DNA from: Marsupella aquatica
Taxonomy: Eukaryota > Plantae > Marchantiophyta
Reading direction: 5' to 3'
Length of the DNA: 64,000 bases
Assembly (NCBI GenBank): GCA_973895155.1
Contig: OZ316891.1
Coordinates: 13,795,037 to 13,859,036, forward strand
Shown: in pieces, positions 10,201-20,907 of the stretch
How positions within the stretch are numbered: position 1 is the first letter of the stretch
Layout: each line of letters begins with the position of its first letter
Notes under the pieces: model-generated
Database searches by the model: none
The model's input: only the letters and a program-made list of their open reading frames with translations
What the model was told of the DNA's origin: nothing
Translations under genes and position numbers: made by a program

Positions 10201-13097
10201 CCTTGACAGCGGAAAGAGGGATGGCAGTGGTGGAGGTGGGATTAATCACCCAAGTGGCCACCATCTTCAACGTGAGTTCTCCCCTGATGTGCCGAGGTGT
10301 GAATGAGAATTTCTGATTCTCCAGAAACAGCAGCCTAGCCAACTCTACATGGGGCACTACACGTTTGAGACATTCAAAGTAGATTCCCTCCGTTCGTAAC
10401 TCCATCCCGGCCTCAATGTCCCAGCTCTTCCCCGGGGGGATGGTAATCTCCACCTTCATGAATTTTGTAACCCCGGTGGCTTGGAAAATATTCCGACAAT
10501 GCTCCATCACCTTGGTGGAGGTCTTGGGATAAATTCGACGAAAAATCCTCCTACCCACCGGCGTGGAACCTGCTGCCAATCCCGTGCTCATCGTAGCTTC
10601 TCTCTCTTCTCTCTCCCTTGAAATCAAAGTCTCCACGTAGTCACGGTAAGCAGCCTTGTATCTCTGAATGCGTGCCACACTGAACTCCGGTTGATCTAGC
10701 ATTCGTGCATCCCGAAATCAAATCCTCAATCACCAAATCCCGTCACCCGTAGCAATGTCAATTCCCTGGCCCGAAACAGCCCCCGTATCCCGATCAATCA
10801 ATGACCCAATCTCAATTTCCCAGACATAATTCACTGCAGCCACCGTTAATGCTCGGAGACAGTGAGTCCCCCAATTCCATGCCGAGCTAGAGAGAAAGGG
10901 GAAAAAAAATTGGAGAACCAAGAACCAGGGTACTGTTTACAAAGAAGCAATTTTGAGGGAAGCTTTCGGCATCTCAAGGGAAGCAAGAAAAAAGTTAAGG
11001 GGAAAGCAAGAAGTGGTGGCTTTCCTAAGGGCGCAGGCCCCCCTTAAGTATACCCCTAAGCACCAGGTGCCGTCCGCTACCCTCTCCTGGGTATTGACTA
11101 ACCCGTGTATCGGGGAGTATTTTCTCCCCCCTTCTGCCGCGCGCGACCCTGCCCCCCTCTGACCTGCCCTCCGAAGCATCCCGGCTGCGCTTTAATGGGG
11201 GATTTAATCTCCCCCCACTACTCGTGGGAGCGCCTCGCGCCTCCCTTCCGGGGCATACTCGCGGTGGCCTCCAGTCCTCCAAGGCCGGGGAAATTTAATT
11301 CCCCCCTACTCACAGCCCCTCATGCGGGCCCTTCCCAAGGGAACTTAATTGCCCCCCTCCCCACTCCGCGATCTTCTCCTCCCGGCTCCGACCCGGCTGC
11401 GCCTCGCGCCCCGGCTCGGCTCACCTGGGCTCTTACTCGCGGGCTCCTCCCGGCTCCGGCAAGCCGCCCGGTACCTCCTGGCTGCACACAAGCCATGCGC
11501 CCCGGCTCGCCTCTTGTTTTCTCCCCCTCGCCGTTGCGTCTACTTGCGGCTGCGGCTGGTGGGCTCGCGGCCCTATGCAGGGCTCGCCCGGTCCTGCTCC
11601 CTCCTTGCGGGAGGGTTTAATACCCCCCCTCCTTCACTCACGCGTCCTTTGGGCCCGGCTCACGGGAGCCCCTGGCTTGCGGCACCCTCGCTCGCGTGGC
11701 GCGCCTCCCTATGCAAGGGCTAGGTTTCCCGGGCGCCACCTGGTCACTCGCAGGGCTCCCTAATGGGGAATTTTAATCCCCCCAAAGCTCCCTTTTCTTC
11801 AAATTACAAGGGGGGTGGCAACGATAGCTCAAGCAAACGATAATTCCAATGGGGTTGGCCCTCTAGCTTTTTAAGGTCCCAAAATATTTGCCTGCTTAGG
11901 TCGCCACAAATCTTAGAACTGTTACGAGAGGAAGAATACAAAGTCACCCGGGGCATCATCAACCTACAATGGCGGAAATAACTAAAAAAAATTTAAAAAT
12001 GGCTTATTTACAGTGGCTATTAACAAGGCACACCCCTCTGCAACCCATTATTCATGATTTCGAGTGACGGGGGACCTCGTCACATCTCAACACGTCGGGA
12101 CCAGAATGGCCCTAACTCTAACACCGACTCCCGGTTCACCCCACTGATGGTCTAGGGACCGAGCGCCCTTGGGACTTGGCCTCCATACATACTTGGCCTT
12201 GCCTCCCCAACGCAAGCTCCCATGGGAGGCTGAACGCGGCTTGGCTGCTGTTCGGCAGGATTTGGCAAACGGGCGAGCTAACACCCATAAACCACGAGAA
12301 CCCATGGCACCCCCAGACCCAGCTGAGCTCAGGAGGGCGTAGCCCTCTTCAAGAGCTTTCCAACGCACCTAAGAAGTCCTCCAACGGACTTCCCGTTAGG
12401 AAGATATCGCCGTTTCCGTTTGGCGGTTTCCCTTAGTGTCGCGACCGTCGCGGCTGATAACTTCGGCTCGCTCTCAGCCCCCAGGGAGACACCACTCCCC
12501 TCATATATGCTTCTGGAGACCTGCCACCCTCGGACCAGCTTTGGTCCCTAAACATTTGGCCCCCAACCCGGATCCCATCGCGCATAATGGGCGCGCCACC
12601 AACTGGCAATGCCTATAACTTTCTTGATAGGCATCCGCAAGCGGAGTGCCTTAGCCTGTTGTGACTGGGCCGACCCAGTGCTCATGCCTAGACCCCCAGG
12701 TCTGATCGCCGCTCGGGGCCCCCGACCGGCCCAACCCGGCTTGGGCCACAACTCGCGCCCCAAGCGTCCGTTGCCAATGGCGTCAACTCCATTGGCCTTG
12801 GGCCCAAGAGGAGCTCACTCCCAAGCCCTCAGAACTCAAAGCCCATCCAACGGTCCGGACGGCCATCCATGAGCCTGGCCCATTTCCCTTTGACCCGACC
12901 AGCCATAGGCTAGTCCAAGTCCTTAGTTTGTGTCCCCAGCTTGGCCCTTGCCTCGCCAGTGCCACGTCTCATTGCCCACAAGTCTCCCCATGCTAAGTCC
13001 TCCCCGGATGGCCTATCCGGGCCTGGACCATAAGGGAGCTCGGCGTCGAAGTCAGCGACGCCAGAGCTAAGTGTTAAGGTAGTCGAGTTCCGTGACT
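7202..13097 (-). mobile_element. 5.9-kb insertion of uncertain class (LTR-retrotransposon-related, non-autonomous) within the LINE RT
   Basis: ATCACAG at 7195-7201 and 13098-13104 flanks it, and removing it restores the LINE frame (FISV-IKGLV). On the minus strand a purine tract GAGAGGGGGGGGGGGTGG abuts TGACAG at 7935. It carries one long ORF. Confidence 0.75.
8849..10702 (-). CDS. Intronless 617-aa orphan protein with C-terminal coiled coil, probably a transposon accessory ORF
   Basis: Uninterrupted 1854-bp ORF inside the 5.9-kb insertion. It has a globular N-half, an acidic linker, a heptad-rich segment (LKHTTARVETLEQ...VAAFETRAK) and a basic/acidic tail. No gag, RT, integrase, tyrosine recombinase or DDE motif was recognised. 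Confidence 0.7.
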   Translation of the reverse strand: MLDQPEFSVARIQRYKAAYRDYVETLISREREEREATMSTGLAAGSTPVGRRIFRRIYPKTSTKVMEHCRNIFQATGVTKFMKVEITIPPGKSWDIEAGMELRTEGIYFECLKRVVPHVELARLLFLENQKFSFTPRHIRGELTLKMVATWVINPTSTTAIPLSAVKDVEYKGFLAKVHQRVLGNVQSGVVNEEHFVVAMDIKNHPAHVYGWWYYGLKKLLAADLGSVKPGGAVHLMGSFVLARAEGLIGSPGQEDTESSLTTEIRSIATTVIGKLTEESSSAGGDEDRGEENQDEDYTLEWLESLVGDPKEPLAYNIPDVYLAELRDFREGVHEGLKLVHALRDSLKHTTARVETLEQSTLSLKEVIKAKEETIHEKVKLLQAAHVEISNLKGALSTKAKEAEEVGALRQALAKEKQNSGEVVEWRNQVGALRSQVAAFETRAKRSEALSLGKRKSPGTPSSTLSPDLISQAIEMVVKEVSGKYGPLLDGAKKSQEKSKGLEKKLREVRKSLREAQVSTGMPPRSVTPGTPMATGQVLPLELRSGEEATLWKDTIGEGYIKAWQALANLRKQGSTSTRSTPVKKKRSEVALTLVESDEEAHSRGSSQGTVSEEEED

Positions 13098-13104
13098 ATC
13101 ACAG

Positions 13105-14155
13105 ATATGAATTTGGGATCAAAATTCATATGTCTTAGAGTTTCCCATAGAAAGGTGTGATCGACCCGATCGTATGCCTTTGCAAAATCTAATTTCAGAA
13201 ACACAGAAGGTTGCTTAGTAACGTTGATGAATTCTTAGCCCACCTTGAAAGCCAGCACATTCTCCATGATGCTTCTCCCAGCAATGAACCCAGTTTGTTG
13301 AGAGGAAACCAACATTGGAACTACTAGCTAGCTTCAGACGGTTGAAGAGGATCTTTGCAATAATCTTGTGTCAGTGTGATTGTGAGCATAGTGAGTGGTC
13401 TCCAATTCTTCAGTAAATGAATGTCTCCCTCCTTTGGAATGAGCTTGATAACTCCACTTGAGGATTTTGTAGTTAGCAAACCATCCTGCCAAAAGGTTTG
13501 AATCATGGTGTAGCAGTCATCCTTCATCCAGTCCCAACATTTTTGCAAGATCTCTGCAGTAACCCCATCGAGGCCAGGAGATTTCTCTTTGGGGGAAGTG
13601 TTGTACCACTACATTGATCTCGTTGTCACTGGGTCTTCCGATTAGTGCCCAGTTCTGTGCTCTAGTCACTTTGTATGTGTGATAGCACTTCCTCTCTTTC
13701 ATCCAAGTTTCTGCTGACAATCTCATCCGCAGCAAAGAGAGAAGAGTAGTCTAGTTTCATCCGGAATCTGTTGCTCATCGTCAATCATCGTCCCATCGGC
13801 AAGAGTCAGAATTTTGATAGTTTCTCGATCTGTTCTGCTTGGCTTTCATCTGCAGAAAGAAATACCTGGATGGTGCATCCCCCAGTGACAGCCATCTTAC
13901 ACGACTATGTTTGCGCCAGACCTCAGCTTCGTGGAGCTCACATTCTTTGATCTCAGCTTCGAGCTTCACCACCTCAGCAATGGTAGTAGGGGTTGGGTTC
14001 AGAGCAACTTCGTGCCTCAAAATCTGCAATTGAGTCAGAGTGTCTGGTTGATGGTTACGAATCTCGTTGAGACGTCCTCTCTCAGCAACAAGCACCTTTT
14101 TCATTCTGTTTGTTGCACGGTCCCAGTGGATCCTAGCGTCTCTGTTTGGATCGCC
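13105..14155 (-). mobile_element. LINE ORF2 fragment (linker and N-terminal RT), decayed
   Basis: Encodes SRVRWLSLGDAPSRYFF, KSPGLDG, IKLIPKEGD..LLKNWRPLTML, QQTGFIAGRSI and LKLDFAKAYDRVDH, with frameshifts and stops. Confidence 0.9.
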
Positions 14156-14460
14156 AAGCTCTTTGGGGAGATCGTTTTGACCAAGCTCGTCTTGACAGGA
14201 TCTATTGCAATAACCGGGCTAGCTGGTGCTTGATTGTAAGACAGATTGACCATGATGATGGTCAAACTCTGTCTGATCATCTACCAGTCATGGTCACCCT
14301 TGCTCTTCAAGACATCAACACCTCATGGTCACCCTTGCTCTTCAAGACATCAACACCTCCCCTGGCATGAGAAAATCTAGCTATTTCAAGATGGATGCAA
14401 AATTGCTCCAAGATCCTGAAATCATGGAACAAGTCAGAGTTGCATGGGGATCCAACACTA
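14156..14460 (+). mobile_element. Inverted 5' segment of the same LINE (end of the APE endonuclease domain)
   Basis: The plus strand encodes ARLDRIY...LSDHLPV...SYFKMDAKLLQDPE...VAW, the endonuclease C-terminus. It contains a 35-bp tandem duplication at 14288-14357. Confidence 0.85.
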
Positions 14461-14986
14461 ATTGTTGGTTTCATCTCTAAGAGATCATAAACTTTAAAAG
14501 TTAGAAGGGGGCTGTCAAAATAAATTCAAAATACTCTAGAATACCTAAAATTAAAGGGTCTAAAAATCAATGGAAAATGTATAGGTTACAAAGGCTGCCC
14601 CTTGATAAGGCACATTTAAATAAAAATACATGACACAAAAAATATGGATAAGACAAAATCTGAAAGGTGGATTCACCATTATAGCAACTTGTTTATGAGA
14701 TTGAACTTAATTTATGTTTTGGGTACTATCTGTACGTGAAAGTGATCCTGAAATATATGGATCACTCCCATGAACCTTCAACCCTTCAGGACTGACCAGG
14801 TCACTCTTGACAAGTAAACGTATGGAATTTTTGCAAAACAGTGCTATCTGAGTATAAAATGGTTTTTCTGGGGTCTATCTGATTAATTGTGCCAATTCCA
14901 TTTGGCAATTTGGTAAAACGTTGAGGTCCATGGGGGCTTGAGTTTCTCTATTTGGACTGTAAATACAATGGAGTAGCACTTTGAAG

Positions 14987-17900
14987 CTAAAGAAGTAAAA
15001 GAATATTGTAGAAATATTCTGCAACGAGATCAAGAGGTCCTGGAAGACAATAATGCAAGCAATCACTTGGGCTTATGTGTCCATCTGGCCTTAAGCTGAG
15101 CATAGTGTACACATCCATATAGGTGTATAGGTAATCTTCAACAATTTGCTTGGCCAACATGTTTTGTCTCTGGAAATTGCCCCAATGATATTTAGGAGGT
15201 AGGTCATGTTGGATTTGAGAGAGAGGTCTTGTAAAATTCCCACAATCCAAGTGCCCTGCACCAATTTAGCAATCGTAGGCAATTAGCCACTGTCTTAATG
15301 AAGACACACTTTCTACACGAGAGGTTTGCATACTCAATGCCCGTTATGCTTTTTTGCTTTGTAATCTGTTTCTTTGTATATTTAGTGTATGGAATAAAAT
15401 GTACAATCCAAATTTGGATTAGGGTATTATGAAACTTCTCCACAACTTTTACTAAAAAGTACAAATTAGTCTTTTAGGCCAGCCTTTTAAGTCTATGAGG
15501 GCATTGTGGCGATACTAGTCCATCAAATCTCAATTAGGGCCCACAATGCCCTGTTACAAAGGCTTTATTATAATTATGCCAATACCTATATCAACTTTAT
15601 TATATTAAGTCGTATTTTCCATTTGTGTAGATCTACCCTTACTACCAATTAATTGGAGAAGGTGAGGTCACTAACCAAGAATAATGAGATTTAGACTAAG
15701 GTAAATGTGTATATGCTGAGTCAGATGAACTCACAGTCATCTGTATATACTCAACATCTGTAATTTTTTTTGCATTTAAGAATTACTCGTAGAATCACTA
15801 CAAGACAAAAACTCAATCATGTTCCAGGATGAGCCTGCTATATATTGGAACAGAAAAAGAAGGACCTGCCAAGAAACTACCTTCAATATAGAATGAAGTT
15901 TTTCTGTAGAATGCCAAAATTTAGATACCTTGATTTTTCTCTTTGGAACGTAGACGGCATTTATGGAGAAGAATGCACACTATAGCACCTCAAAACTCAA
16001 GCTGATCAAGGTCTCATCTTTTGGGGATTATGCGGGGCATTATGGCACACAATGCCTTGTAATTAAAGTAAACAATAGGCTCTGACTATTAATTCATAGT
16101 GCCTAATTGAATGTTTTCAACAATAACAAATGCCTGTATATCTTCCACATAATTTCAAAATTAGTCAACTAATTAATTCCAAAATGTCCAGGAAGGCCCA
16201 ACAATTTATATTTGGTAGTTGTCAGCTACCAAATTAAGCACATCCGAAACACCTGGAGTCTTAGCATATACTACAGACTGTAGTATGAGGTAATAAGTCC
16301 AAATAGATTGGTATCTTATTATAGTAGGAAGTTCAAAATTGTGGATGATGACTTTTGGCCATAAACAAATGGTCCCAACTTCTTCACAGCCAGGGTTGTG
16401 TAATTTATTTCATTAGCCTCTACACTGACTTAAGGCATGGCTTAGAATCAATTTTTATGGCATAGTAATGGATTACAAATTTGGTGATTTATAACTTTTT
16501 CTGTCCATAACCTTAACTACTAACTAACTTCAATCAAAGTTTCAGAGATGCCCTAATTAATTGTGATGCCCTAATTCATCGTCAAGGAGAGTGAAAAAGG
16601 TTATCACGTCTCACCAGGTTGTGTGTTGCGATAGATCACGTCGATGTGTGGATAATTTAGACTCAAGATAGTAAAAATCTCGCGCAGAGCACTTGTATAG
16701 ATCTCGTCCTCCTCGTAATGGGCTCCTCTATTCAGGAGGAGTGTCGTGATGTCTAGTTCTCCCACGAGTTCTATCCATGGAAACTCATAGAAATTATTCC
16801 AAGTGTCAACAGTGGCGTTCGCAATGGGAGACAGACGATCATTCCGCACAAACGATACCTTGAATCCCTTTCCTTCACCAAGGATATCACCACACATCTC
16901 ATAGGGTGCAATGACGGATCGATTGTCCCCACTTAAACGCTGGTACCCTGATTGATTGGTTACCAACGCGTTCATGAAGGCCCATGAAATCTCATGATTC
17001 AGTGAGTCTCCTACAATCATCAGATGTTCATTTGGTCCTACTTGGCTGCAGATTAGCACCGTGATACATCCAGGACAATAGTCAGTACAGTATAAGAAAT
17101 CTTCCAGCCCGATAAGTGATTGATAAGTCAGAGACTCTGACTCGGACTCAGAGCACACTTAGCCATGACAAAAGCGTTCAGACATAATACGTGTCCAGCG
17201 AGGTGCGCATGGTCTTTTGCAGCATTCATAAATAAAACACTAGTCATCCATCAGACACCAGACTGAATGTAAAACATGACTCAACAGTACGTTCATATTA
17301 CTCAATTCAGAGGAGAAAGAAAGAATCTAGTGAAACACATGGAAAAGAGTTCGCTAAGTTACCGAATAGAAATTCAATGGAATGTGAGGTTTTGAATTAA
17401 CAAAAATACAAGCACCTTGACAATAACGGAAGATCATTGTCACACTTTAGAAGGGAGAGGCTAAACTATTAACGCAACATCTAGGGCAGGTTACAGGAAA
17501 GGAACTACGAAAACAGACAGTACATAGAAATGTTCTGTAATTCTGAATAATTATGCATGAATTTGATTCAATTCATTTAGAACGTTGAGTGAGATGAAAT
17601 ATTAGCTTCAGTTGAAGCTTTAGCTTGCTTCTTGTTCGATCATCCAGAAATATTTCTATCCATTACCGCCCTTGAAATCTGACCACTGTCACATATATTG
17701 TAGACCTTGACAGAGCATAGACTTTGTTTGCCCTGGTCGGAGATACACGTGAGCTAGACTAGGTGAGAATTAGCTTACGAGAAATATATAAGGAACACAG
17801 CCCGTACAAGGCCACTGACCATAGGTCACAAGAAGACTTCGCAAATCTTCTTCTCTCCCTTCACCTCGGCTACCATGTGAACTCTTTCACCCTTAACTTG

Positions 17901-20061
17901 CTCATCCTCTACTCTGTATTGTCCCAGTTCTATATTTGTTAAACATAATTCCCAAAAATAATCTGGTGCAAAATGTTCTGGAACTTGCATCCTGGGATAC
18001 AAGGTCCACGAGTTGTGAGATCTCACCACAAATATATGACTCACTTAGTCCAGTCAATAATTACTAGATTATCTTGTCTGGTCCAGGGACAGTCTTGTAC
18101 TTACCATCCTTGCACCCCTAGCCAGGGCTGGTGTTACAACAGGACCTACCGTCCAAACATTTATCCTGTTTGGACACTTGGGCGCTTCATCCAGCAGTTC
18201 ATTGAAGTGGCCGGCAACTCTCGAGTTTAAAAGAGTAAATAAAATGCATGATGAACGCAGTATACATTTTACATGAAAGACTGGGTTGTTAGTACGATTC
18301 CAAAGTCTCAAAGTTGAACCAAGTGTGGCTACGTACGATATTAGTTTGCCCATCGCGCGGGAAGTGATATTTAGCTGATGGGCTGTACTATGACTGTACC
18401 GAGTTCTAACTCGGCTTAGCGACCATCAAAGAGTCTTAACTAGATTTTGACAAGTATGGTCGAGGTAGCGTCATTCAATTTTTGTGATGGTGGTCGCCAT
18501 ACAAGTTTGAAAGTTGGCTAAGTTGACAGAATAACTGAGATTACATAGTTTAATAGAATTTGATACTAAAAATATGAAGAAACCCCTTTAGATAAAGTCA
18601 TACAGGTATATCGATCAATTGAACATACCGACAAAAGTCGTCCCTGTCCATTTGCCGCCAGGGGCAGCTGCTGTTGGTTCGCCATACCCATTTGAGCTCC
18701 TCGCGCACCTTATTGTTAACAGGGCAGCCGATCAAGCCAGAATCAGGATCGAATACCAGATAACTATTCTGATATATTCTCATTCAACCTCAAATCCTTC
18801 ATGAGTTTCCATCATGTCAGAGGATGCTTGTTGAGCAGAACTGTAGACAAACATGACTCGATTGGTCAGCTTTATCAATAATAAGATTTTAGCGTCTTGG
18901 ACTGCAGAGAAATGTACCCAGGAAATTTGGGCGTTCATCGGAAGTGTACATAACAAAGTAGGCAAGTTTGAGCAGCTTTTTTGGTGTAGGTTAATTTGAG
19001 CATCTTTCTTTAGCTTGCTATGAACTTGGATTCGATGCTCTTCCGGTAGATCATATAAGTTTTTGTTAAAATCTTGAATGAGTGTCATAATCTGGTCGAA
19101 CTACAGCTGAATGTATGCAAATTCCGAAATGAAAGAACAACTACTGTACATCCTGCGTAGATTTCTGAAGGTGGAAATGCCTCTTCGGTCGTCTGTCCCA
19201 GCTTGTTCTGTTACACTCATTGAGTCCTTCATTTAATATTACAAACAATATACTCTGGGCTTTTGATTAATTTGATATAACAGTCTTGAGACTTGAGTTG
19301 ATTGAAGTGTTACATATGACGCAACAGTTAATATTGTACTGTAAAATGGGACGTGGGACGTGTTACTCACCGACCAGTTCCCTGGAGCCCCCCTGACAGC
19401 AATGTCGTCTGCTACATCAAAGCCAACCGGAGAGCCAAGTGGCCATGATGATAGGTGGATGCCATCACAATTGCACGCATATGGGTCACCGATATAATTC
19501 CAAGGCAAGTGACGAGGCGTCGGATCGTACACCCATTGGCCAGAATCGCTGTAGCAAGGAGAAGGAATACAACTTGACAACTGGCAATTAATTGAGCACA
19601 ACGTCGAGAACGAACCTCTACTATAAAAGATATACAGGCACAGCCTATTGATCGATAACCGAGGCAAAATTCAATTGACCAATGTGAAGCGGAAGTCCTA
19701 CGTACCTGAAGCACTGAAGCTGAGAACGGAAACGCTTCAAAGCCTCTGTCCCAGTGATGAAGATTTCTCGGATGGCTTGTTTATCGCCAGCTACAGTAGA
19801 ATTCCCGTGATTAAAAAATGTGGACTGAGACGTGTCAATCACCGTGAAGAAAGGCTGATCGGAATCGAATGCTACCATGCAAATGGTCGTGATCAGAGGC
19901 ACGAAAAAGATAGTCGTTAGTATGAGCCCCGCTTCTTGCCTCATCCACCTTCTGCAACGATCGACAAACTCGACGAGCGCTTCACAATCCATTGGAGCAT
20001 GCAGAATCACTTCAACCGGCACTCGTAGGTTTTTTGAAAACTGTTGCATTTCAGGTGTCAT
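14987..20061 (-). CDS. Trichome-birefringence-like / PC-esterase (SGNH) polysaccharide O-acyltransferase-like protein, ~461 aa
   Basis: Exons 20061-19706, 19620(or 19617)-19371, 18708-18629, 17045-16615 and 15255-14987, with GT-AG introns and compatible phases. It has an N-terminal TM segment, GQWVYD, KWVWRT..C, a GDS motif (IVGDSL), and RPDGH plus DxxH (DCLHYCLPG). The start Met is uncertain. Confidence 0.85.
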
Positions 20062-20907
20062 CTAGTGTCTAAGTTCTCCTGGTTGAGAAGTACATCAGCG
20101 TTCTTGTTCTTGTTTCTTGGTAAGCATAACACGACTCCACCAAGTTCTGCCAAACATTGGCTCTTTTTAACGGGGAAGAACAAGAATTGTTTCTTGTTAT
20201 CCTGGTCACCTCATTATTTCGTTGGTTGGAAAGAGAATCTCCACGGGTATGGCAGCCACGGACCAAATTTTATTAGGCAGGTCATTCGGAGGCCCGGAAA
20301 TTTATCACTCCTCCAGAGGCTGCAGTGACTTAAAAATACGTCCGGCTACATAATCATTTTCGACTCCCACGGCTGAAAGTATATGTGAGATCACTTTCTG
20401 GAACTCATTGTGCTACAGAATGTCCCCTGCATTTCTCGAAGCTGCCTGGTGCGCTCTCAGTGGTCTAAACTTTCCTGTACTTGCGTTGATTACTGAACAG
20501 GAATCGACGGAAGTGAGATTGTCCAGTGTTAGTTTTGTTAATCTGTGGTCCCATTCCTTTTTTGAGGGTCCACCTTCACTTTTCGTTTTTGTCTTATTGA
20601 GAGTTATTCTCTAGAGATTTCACTCTAGACATCCCATTCCTTTTTTTTTTGGGTCCACCTTCACTTTCCAGTTTTGTCTTATTGAGTTACCCTAAACACT
20701 AGCCTTTGAAATTACTTAGCATTGCGCTTTATTAGTGAGATGTGGTTAATGACCTACCAACTCGAGCAAAGGGTACTGTAGTTAACGGAAATTGAACCGA
20801 TGCAAATCGATCGACAGGAAGGCATGTTTGCTGCGTTGTTCAAGCCCTGATTATCTGATTACCTCGAGCGCAGTGTATGTTTTCTACGTTCTGCGCTACC
20901 CGAAAGC
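20062..20907. promoter_or_regulatory. Putative bidirectional promoter / shared 5' region
   Basis: 846 bp separate the divergent start codons. The interval contains a ~55-bp imperfect direct repeat (20549-20601 and 20632-20686). Confidence 0.5.

Noticed and set aside
11025-12965. Many overlapping ORFs of 60-170 aa
   Set aside because: By-products of very high GC and repeats. The translations are Pro/Arg/Ala low-complexity with no motifs.
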